A stretch of DNA of 64,000 bases from Octopus vulgaris (lineage: Eukaryota), in NCBI GenBank assembly GCA_951406725.2, contig OX597818.1:139562001-139626000 (forward strand), in the 5' to 3' direction. How positions within the stretch are numbered: the first letter of the stretch is position 1; each line of letters opens with the position of its first letter. The position numbers and the translations under genes were made by a program. Below the pieces are notes generated by a model. That model made no database searches and was not told the origin of the DNA. It saw nothing but the letters and a program-made list of their open reading frames with translations. Positions 53,938 through 64,000 of this stretch are shown one piece after another.

Positions 53938-56009
53938 GAATTTTTTATCTTGTAGCTAAAGGGGAAATTGTAGGTATGACCCCTTACAAGGCCTCCGATA
54001 TTAGTGAAAGGAAAGCATTTTTAAACCGAAGACCTGGCCCAAAGCTTGCAACAGAGTGGCTATGGTAGAACTGAACTCAGAATGCAAAGATCTGCTGGAA
54101 ATACACCAAGGTACTCCTGCCGATATTCTTATATATTCTTGAATCCATCGACACGAACTGATACTTTAAAATCACTCCAGAACTAATAAAAGGTAAGATT
54201 GATCTCGGGGGGTGATTTGGCCTTAGAGAGCAGGTTGTCAGAAGAAATACTGCGAGGTAATCCTTCGTTCTAACGATTTTGTGGGATTGCCGCTTATTTG
54301 CTCACAAAATCTAAACTGAAGAAAAGAAAAAAATCAAAAAGAAAAAGATTAAAAACCGAAAAATCTCAATTCTGATATATCACAAAATATCCTTCCCACA
54401 ACGGATTACAGATATCAGTTTCAGTTATAAATCGATAATGAAAATTCATATGTAAAATGTTAGAAACGTCAAGTATCATTTTTGGAAAATAATTACATTC
54501 ATTTGTTATGCGTATAAGAAACATATTGATTTTATTTATAACTGTTTTATTATGCCCTCTACTTCTTTTAGGAACTATTAACATATTGGTTGAAAAATAA
54601 AGCGTAAGAATGTGTAAAAATATATTTCTTTAATTTGAAATTGAGAAAAATAATTATAAAAACATGTTCCATCATGGTATTGAACCCGAACCTACCTGAT
54701 TGTAAAAGGAGCTGCTTATCTGCACAGCCACTGTCGTAGCTACGTTTCTTCATTTATAAATATATTTCATGTGTACTTGAAGATAATAAATAAAAAAATT
54801 AATGTACATTGAAAAATATTTAAAATACTTTTTATTTCAGATTGTGAATCGCTGACATACAGAAACAAAAAAAAAAGAAAATCAGTGACCATTTTTAAAG
54901 CAAGGCACCACAGAAAGAAAAAGTGTAGATAGAAAGGAGTTATTTAAAAATTTTAAAAATTACTACAACACTCACATACGGACCTAAATTAAACAGGGAC
55001 ATGAAATCCATGTGATTATGTGATGTTCATGCCATTCGAAAACTGTCAGCTGCTGCTGCTTAGTGCTAGGTCAGATCTTGTTTGAACAGATTCACGATGA
55101 ATTTGTTCAAATCGTGATCATTTTATATCTATATATTAAGGAGTATATTTAGGATGACATACGGTAAATTTTAGACAAACTTAGCTGCTATTTCGACCAG
55201 ATCAAACGACAGAACAGTAGCTGATGCAAATGAAAGGAAACGGTTTCACCCAAGATTCAGCACCAAGTAGCAGAGCCAACCATGGTGTTTCTGTGTTCGT
55301 ACAATAATCTAGAATTGGAAGTTAAATCGTCATATTGCATTCTTTTATCTTTGCAAAATATGTGTTGAATAATGTGTTTCTGAGTTCCTTGTACATAAGA
55401 AAAATGTAGGATGGTCACGACTGGAATGGCCTTGATCATATGTTTGTTCGATCATGACGAACGTGTGGCTAACTAATAACAGCAGCAACAAATTCCAAAA
55501 TGTGATGTCTGCTAGATAGTATTTACTTGGTAGGCTTAACTGTGTTATCCACATGATGCAGCAGGAATCTGCATTTACTTGGCTAAGAGATAACCAGCTC
55601 TCTCTGTAACGTGAGAACCAGCATGGTTGACTCTCCTGGTTTATTACAACCAATCATATTTCATTAGGCTTGCTACGTGATTTGAATAGCTAAATCGAAT
55701 CCGGTATCGTTTGCTTCGCTGTCAGCTGATTAACGGATACCAATAGGATAGGATATATATTTCTATCAATCGAAGACTGATCCACTTTCACCAAAGGCTG
55801 CGAAAACTGAAACAAATAATATAAATAAACAAATAAATAAAAAATTGAGAAAAAGAGAGGAATGAAATGTTTTGATCGAAAGCTTAAGGAAAGAGAAAAG
55901 AGAAAGAATTTAATAAAATAATCAAAAATAAAATGTAATTAAAAAGAAAATTGGAAAGAAAGGCAGAAAAAGAAGCAAAACAAAAATGAAGAACTGAAAG
56001 ACTAAGAGG

Positions 56010-56085
<76 letters not shown>

Positions 56086-56230
56086 AGAGAGAGAACTATA
56101 ACAAAATAAATAACAGCATGGAAACTGAATGAATGACCGAATGAAAAAGGGAAAGAAAAAAATGAATAGATTTCTGAAAAAAAAAAAATGAAATTAAAAA
56201 AAAAAATGAAAGCGTAACTAGCCGAAAAGC

Positions 56231-56290
56231 TGAGAGTTCGTACTGTGAGAGTTCGTACTGTGAGAATTCGTACTCCGAGCGTTCGTACTA
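56231..56290 (+). repeat. 15-bp minisatellite (TGAGAGTTCGTACTG) x4
   Basis: Four units with increasing divergence. Confidence 0.92.
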
Positions 56291-56337
56291 CGTTGTGTCT
56301 CAAAGCCATGACTTTTACCTCCCAAATAGTTTAGACC

Positions 56338-56566
56338 TATTTCTTTATTACCCACAAGGGGCTAAACATAGAGGGGACAAACAAGGACAGACATAGGTAT
56401 TAAGTCGATTACATCGACCCCAGTGCGTAACTGGTACTTAATTTATCGACCCCGAAAGGATGAAAGGCAAAGTCGACCTCGACGGAATTTGAACTCACAA
56501 CGTAACGACAGACGAAATACGGCTACGCATTTCACCCGGCGTGCTAACGTTTCTGCCAGCTCGCCG
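56338..56566 (-). mobile_element. SINE family A
   Basis: TSD AAATAGTTTAGACC at 56324-56337 and 56567-56580. Confidence 0.92.
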
Positions 56567-58105
56567 AAATAGTTTAGACCACTTAACTACAAATGGAGAC
56601 CACACAGCAATAGTAACAATACAGTCTACCTTGATGTTAACCTTAATTAAGAAGGTCCCTGAACAAACGCGTTCCAGCCATGACTGTCTTGCACGTTATC
56701 TGTCTATCAAGGACTATACTGCCTAACATTCCCTTCCTTATTTAAGACAGAAGGGATGAATTTTACGCAGGTTTGGCTGCTATTTCAGCATGTTCGGTGA
56801 TTACTTACGTCTCCTTTGTTCTCTCCTGACTGTACTATGAAATTAGGGCATGGTTAGTATCCAGAGCAGAGTTTTACCCATCCTCTTTGCCTGGAGAAAG
56901 CAATGTGTATACCCTTTCCAGAATAACACTCCATAGAATCTCTATATGGAGACTGCTTCCCAAGCAGGGTATTGTAGCCATCAGGGTTACGGGAGTTGTT
57001 GATGTTATTTAACCCAAGGTCAGCCCTGATCGAGTAGCCCGCTATTCAAAGATATTATAGTAATAACCTGAAGAATGTACGAGAAGAGCGCGGTAATGAT
57101 CCATCTGAGGTTCGACATCATGTTAGAAACGGCCTTATAATTCGATATAGAGAGAGACAGAAGTGAACGAAGGAAAGAAATCATGAAGATATAAGAGAGA
57201 GAGAGAGAGAGGAAGAGAGAAAGAGAGAGAGGAGGGAATGGGGGAGTTAGAGGAGAAAGAGATAGGGGTATGATAATTTAACCTGAGTATTGAATTGGTA
57301 GTATATTTATCGATCCCGGTATGCTGAATGGTAAAGTTCCCCTTGGCGGATTTTGAAATAAGAACTAGAAAGCTTTAATAAAGACTGCAAATCACTCTGT
57401 CCGATGTTCTGACGACTGAAGACAAAGTTAAAAAGGAAGAATGGATGAATTATGTATAATAGGATGAGTAAAAATAGGAAGAAGGGAAAATGTTAGTTAA
57501 ATAAAAATAGTAAAGGAAAGAAACGAATGAAAAATATGGAATAACGAGGGAATAAGAAAAGTATGAAGCATTATAAAAGTCGCAAATCTTAGTGAAAAAG
57601 AAAAAAGAGCCAAATGAAGGAAAAAAGTAATAAACGAGTGAGGAAAAGAAGAAATAAAAAACAAGGAACATCTGAGATGAAAAAATAGAGAAGCACAGTT
57701 TCAAGCGAAGGAATGAAAGACGGAAAAATTAAAATTTAAAATGAAAAAGAAAAACTGATAAGTGATGTAAAAATACAACAAAAAAGTTAAATAAACAGGC
57801 AAAAGAAGATAAAACAGAGCGAATGTAGTCAAATAAGAAAAACTGAAGTAAAGAAATTTTTTCATAAAAAAAAAAAAAAAAAACAGAGCGAAAATAAAGG
57901 GAGTTAATAAATATAAAAGATAGTTCACAAGATTTAGAGGTAGTGTGGGAATTCAAAACTTTAATTAACACGCAATTTAAAGACAGAAAAAAAAATAATA
58001 TTAAGATCCTTTGAAAGGTGTAATGGTAATTAATTAAAATTAACATAGAATGTGTTTCAAGCCATGATATTTAGCTAAAGAAGCAACAATCTCATGCACC
58101 CATAC

Positions 58106-58157
<52 letters not shown>

Positions 58158-59360
58158 ATATATATATACGCACGCACATACATACGCAAACACATACATA
58201 CTGACATGAATACTTGTGCTCACAAAGACAAATATGTATTTATGTATGTGTTGTGTGTGTGTATGTGCTTACACATACAAAACATATGCACATCATACAC
58301 ACACTGAATAATTAATCGCACATATTAATAGGGAAACATACAGATAGAAGCACCGCTATACACATCGATCGCGCACACGTATACACAGGTTCATAGATTA
58401 TATTATTTGTTGTAGTCTCTGTTATTGGAAAGTGTCTTGCAGCCGTATGCTGTTGATTATATTCATATATATTTCTTTCTTTTTCTCTCTCTCTCTTTCT
58501 TTCTTTCTCTTTGTATCTAAGCGTGTGTTATATTACATAACTACCATAAATACGTGTAGTAAATGCATTCAAAGCTTGAACGTTTGATATTGTTTTCCTT
58601 CTGACACGCACCCCAACACCCACCCACTCAACCATGCCTCCCCCATACGTGCGGACGTAAGTGTGGCCTATGTCTGCGTGCGTATATGTAAGTCTGTAGT
58701 TTTTCATATTTTCCCTCTGCTGCTAAAATTTATTATCAAACGAAACATTAGGCCCAGAGTAGAGAAACATTTTAGTTGATATTTTATTTAATAACTAATG
58801 GTATCTAATATGTTATTCAATGTATATTTAAACCTATACACGCACATTATATTTAACTATACACTATTTAACTATACACACACATTCACAAATATATACG
58901 AACAAAGACACACATGCATGTATATCCGTGCGTCCGCATTGCAAGACTGTGTCACATATTTCTAAAAATAATTAATACTTTGTGTAGATTAATATCTATC
59001 CCGAAAATGAGAATGATCAATAAATACCATATACTTGTAGTTTCATCTTGTGAACCTTCAGTCTAAGTAAATATCGCGTGAACTTCAAGGTATACTTATT
59101 AGAATCGGGTTCCATGAAGAGTAAATACTGTGAGTGGTAGATGCAATAGAGGCATTTAGCTGTGCTTAGAGTCAATGTGTTGAGGAGAGTACGCAAAACG
59201 AGGGCCCTTTGAACTTGTAAAGCTGACGTGAGTGGAAAGGATGGGGTTTATGGTGATATTCTTCATGAGTGTGTGTTTGATTAAACATACCGACTTTTAA
59301 TATAAGCGCACTCACTAAGTACATTATTTAATAGTTTTATATTTGAGAGATGAGGAATTG

Positions 59361-59515
59361 TGTACATTATTTACATTATTTATATTTGACGGATATTTGT
59401 CCTCATTTAGTTTGTTGTTAACACAATGTTTCGTCTGGAAAGTACGTCGGCCGAAACGTTGTGTTAACAACAAACAAGATGAGGACAAATATCCGTCAAA
59501 TGTAAATAATGTACA
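59361..59515. mobile_element. ~155-bp imperfect palindrome (inverted Penelope-type terminal repeats, hammerhead 3' half only)
   Basis: tttgacggatatttgtcctcat..tttgttgttaacacaa.gtttcg / cgaaacgttgtgttaacaacaaa..atgaggacaaatatccgtcaaa. Confidence 0.7.
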
Positions 59516-59726
59516 TTACTTAAACTCCCATTTCACCGCCGAATATTACTGAGAAGAAATCATTATCATCCGACATTCTCTTCATATCAACAAATCTTAT
59601 TCCCAGTCCACCTTCAACGCCTCAACCACATCCAACTACTAATTTCTTCTAATGTATCCATCATCATTAGCAGCTGGCGGAATCATTAGCACGCCAAACA
59701 AAATGCATCGTGGTATTTCCTCCGTC

Positions 59727-59950
59727 GAGCTGGCAGAAACGTTAACACGCCGGGCGAAATGCTTAGCGGTATTTCGTCTGCGTTACGTTATGAGTTCAAA
59801 TACCGCCGAGGTCGACTTTGCCTTTCATCCTTTCGGGGTCGATAAATTAAGTACCAGTTACGCACTGGGGTCGATGTAATCGACTTAATACCTATGTATG
59901 TCCTTGTTTGTCCCCTCTATGTTTAGCCCCTTGTGGGTACTAAAGAAATA
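59727..59950 (+). mobile_element. Young SINE A nested inside an older SINE A relative (~59672-60105)
   Basis: 15-bp TSD GGTATTTCCTCCGTC at 59712-59726 and 59951-59965. Confidence 0.92.
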
Positions 59951-61387
59951 GGTATTTCCTCCGTCTTTACGTTTTGAGTTGAAATGTTGCCGAGGTCGAT
60001 TTTAGCTTCCATCCTTTCGGAGTCGATGGAATAAGTACCAGTTGAGCATCGGGATCGATGTAATCGAGTAGTTCTTCCCCACAAATTTCAGGCCTTGTCC
60101 GTACAGCTGAAAGATCATCAGAAGAGCTTTCATTTCTTATGAATAGAGTTTGAAACTCAAAATTTTCACTCGGTCTAAAGAAGGTGCAAATCACCAGAAT
60201 TTATAGCTTCGTTCTAGGAAACCAAAATACACGATCTCTGGAAGGATTTACAAGTTTTCTCTGTGCAAGTAATCGAATGTATTCAGAGGACGCAAATAAT
60301 TTTTTTCTTTCCTTGCAGATCCCCGGCCGTTTTAGAATTTTAGTGCTTGGCTGTTTATATATCTTCGAGTGCAGCTATGATAACAGATACAAATGCAAAC
60401 ACGTAGCCTAGACGTAAGATTGTTAAAACTCTTAGATCCATATACAAGTTTCCTCCCTCAGTTTTAGAGATATTCACTGCACGTATGTATGTATGTATGT
60501 ATGTATGTATGTATGTATGTATGTATGTATGTATGTATGTATGTGTGTATGTATGTATGTGACTGTTTGGTAATAACTCTGTATGTATGTACGTGTGTGT
60601 GTATGTGTGCGTGCGCGTTTCTCTGTGTGTGTGAGAGTGTGTGATTATTCAGTTTTATTTTAAGATTGCCAACCGGGAAAGAGCCGGTTTCTAACCTAAA
60701 TCCATGGCTCCTTCAATGGAATTTCAATAACATCAACGGAGTATTTTTGCTTGTGCGTATGTATTTGTACAGACATGTGTGTTTTGTCTTAAGTATGTAT
60801 TCTCATGCATATAGTTGCATGTCTTAATATGCTCATATATGTCTAAATGATAAACTCCTGTGTGTACGAACGTACGTACGTCGTATGTATGTATGTATGT
60901 ATGTATGTATGTATGTATGTATGTATGTATGTATGTATGTATGTATGTATGTATGTATGTGTGTGTGTGTGTATGTATGTGTGTGTATGTATGTATGTAT
61001 GTATGTATGTATGTATGTATGTATGTGTGTGTGTATGTATGTATGTATGCATCCATGCATGCAGGTATACAGGTTATAGGATTAAAAGTCCTGTACATAC
61101 ATTAGTATATGTATAGAACTGTGAAGAACTGAAATGCAATCGTTGGATATGTCTATGTATATCTAGAATCCATAAGTGAGTTAACAAATATATTAGTGAT
61201 TTGTGTAATGGCCCAAATCTTTGCTTATATCTATAGACAATGTATTTAATTCTCTTATTGCGTGTATAACTATGTAGCGTTAAAAATAAGACCGAAGTAA
61301 CCATAGATTAAATAGCTTGTGGCTCTCGTGAAAAGGAAAACAGTGAAATGAAATAATGGCCTGCAGAAGTGAAAAAGAAGTCATCAA

Positions 61388-61905
<518 letters not shown>

Positions 61906-63683
61906 GTGTTAAAAAAAGCATATTTGCAAGTTTCCTAATTAACAGGACACATTAAAAGCGTATAACATTTATTCTTCCAGTTTATTGACGGATTATATCT
62001 TTCTTTAATATCATATTTATACTTAATGAAATAATAGCCTGAAGAATATGAAAAATATATTAAGAGGTTCCCCAAATTATCGGGATATTCGCAACATAAA
62101 CATTACTTGCTCCTCGTGCTTATTTCCAGATTTCTATGTCTAACCAGTTCCATGTATGTGCCGATGTCTAAAAGAAACTCAATGCCAGACAGTATTTTTC
62201 AACATACTGTGATTCAGCTGAACAATGACCGTCTCTTAGAAGTCATCTTGAAGTGTTTTCTACCGTTTTTTTTTTATAAAGCTTAGTGTGTAAATTTAGG
62301 GAGATTTTATCACACCTTCTAGTAGCTCCATCGACCAAGCTGGTATAAGGGTCTAGGGCTGTATTTAGAAATATCAAATCCATATATTTTGGACAATATT
62401 ATCGTGTCTCCTTCCTTTATTTATAGAGTAGAATGTATGATTTGGGGAAGTTTGTGGTATTTCGAGAATACGAAGAGACCCAGTTGACCATTTCACATTT
62501 ATTTCGAGGAAGTTAAAATTATATTGCGTATGTCATTAATTTGGATACGTTTGTACGTCGTGAGGTAGTTGGGGAATCTGATATATCGAGAGTGACCCTT
62601 ACACTGAGATAACATATTTAACAATGGAGCTTTGCGTATTTGTTCAGACTATCTGCACAAAAGGGGTCAACTAAACAGATCAGCTCTGCTTTTTCTCCTT
62701 TTCGGGGTCTATGAATATGTATCAATCTATGGAGATTGATTAGCGGAACTATAAAAACATTGGAAAGGGTAACTTCCGGTATTTGTTCGGTTGCTTGGAT
62801 TCTGATATCAAATCTCGCTATGGTTACATGGATAGTAAATATAATCCATCACTTGGTGTAACATCACTACCGTGCTCTTAGCAGGGGCCTTTCTGCTGCA
62901 AAAGGTCGGGCCAGATGTGCGGCTTGTGGGCATCTTTCCTCTCAAATCCTAACTGTTTTGGAGATTCTATAAAAGTTCATAGGTATTGCTTTCGATCCCG
63001 ATTAACAAATTAACAAATTACTGTTGCAATGAGAATATATAAGGACCATATCAGTTTAAGAATGTCCGATTCCTCGCCGATCACTCAGTTATTCAGTATT
63101 TCATAGTCATGTTTGCACACTGGACGATAATTCTCCTCCAATATTTTCAAAACTGTTATAGATAATGTATTACAGGAAAATACAATAAATCATTTTTCAT
63201 AATGTTCTGTAGTGATGCAGAGAGAGGCCAATGGAAAGGAGAAAGCAGTGATGAATCATACCTTAGTCTCTGTTCATATGAGTGTATAGGTGGATATCAG
63301 TAGGATGTGATAAAGTTCAGTATGTGGGAGATGGAACCATGGAGACTGCTCTGGTCAAATATTCACAGGAGGTTGTGAGGAGGGAGAGGAAAGTACTCTT
63401 AGTAAATCAGTGGTCAGAATGAAATAGAAGAAATGAAATACCATTTTTAAACATAGTTCGAATTTGTATTATACATTTATATCCAGTTGCATATTCATCC
63501 TACCTTCGGTCACGACGTGTTGTAGTTTCATTCTGTGAGGTTTTAACATGAAGGAAAAAGTGTCATGAAAGATATTTCGGCTTTATAGTAGTTAGTTCTA
63601 CGTACAAATTATGCAAGAAGTGCTAGGATTCAAAATGACACTGAAAATGATAATCTCTTCTGAGAATTTAAACTGAATTTTAG

Positions 63684-63731
<48 letters not shown>

Positions 63732-63734
<3 letters not shown>

Positions 63735-64000
63735 CAGCGTGGAAGGTGTTTATAAGCCATTTAAGAAACACGCAAAAACCGTTAGATTCACTTCAACATT
63801 TACATTTAATTTGTCAAAATATTTTCGTCGCTTTGAGACCGTGACCTGTTCACTGACAAAATTCTGTGCTGCATCTCAAAATTTTGTAAGTGAACAGGTC
63901 ACGGTCTCAAAGCGTCGAAAATATTTTGACAAATTAAATTTAAATGATGAAGTGAACCTAACGGTTTTTGCGTGTTTCTTAAATGGCATATAAACACCTT
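63732..64000. mobile_element. Near-perfect palindrome (~120-bp arms, ~15-bp spacer), Penelope-type inverted terminal repeats; runs off the window end
   Basis: aaggtgtttat.gccatttaagaaacacgcaaaaaccgttag... pairs with ...ctaacggtttttgcgtgtttcttaaatggc.tataaacacctt. Confidence 0.85.
63810..63860 (-). ncRNA. Hammerhead-like fold with G3-C8 swapped core (mirror copy on + at ~63883-63933)
   Basis: UUUGUCA [GUGAACA] G GUC-AC...GC-GAC [GAAA] AUAU U U^ UGACAAA: 7-bp stem I, palindromic stem III AAUAUU. Confidence 0.6.

Noticed and set aside
56231-56290. CRISPR-like repeats
   Set aside because: Contiguous 15-bp units without spacers, in a eukaryotic context.
62900-63420. Possible exon or LINE fragment in higher-complexity sequence
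   Set aside because: No sustained open frame or recognisable motif was found by eye; a translated database search would be needed.

Overview
AT-rich eukaryotic (animal) intergenic/intronic DNA, densely packed with microsatellites and transposon remains. The SINE families and the (TA)n/(TATG)n/(TATC)n/(AAT)n load look octopus/cephalopod-like (inference from recognition, not a database hit). No intact host protein-coding gene is supported; almost all ORFs in the track are microsatellite or SINE artefacts. Contents: three young tRNA-derived SINE families in many copies (often with clear TSDs); decayed non-LTR retrotransposon fragments (R4/Dong-type REL endonuclease, RTE, CR1/L2, Penelope GIY-YIG); a non-autonomous Helitron; a probable hAT MITE and mariner remnant; and a ~1.5-1.7 kb unit triplicated between SINE copies. 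The most striking signal is a set of unrelated palindromic or tandem Penelope-type terminal repeats carrying minimal type I hammerhead ribozyme folds. Across them the conserved 3-8 core pair appears as C-G, U-A and G-C. One of them is a 123-bp tandem unit whose first copy has an intact canonical core (retrozyme-like). There is also evidence that one SINE family inserts into its own sequence, and a 200-bp inverted templated insertion. All structures were folded by eye, and activity is untested.
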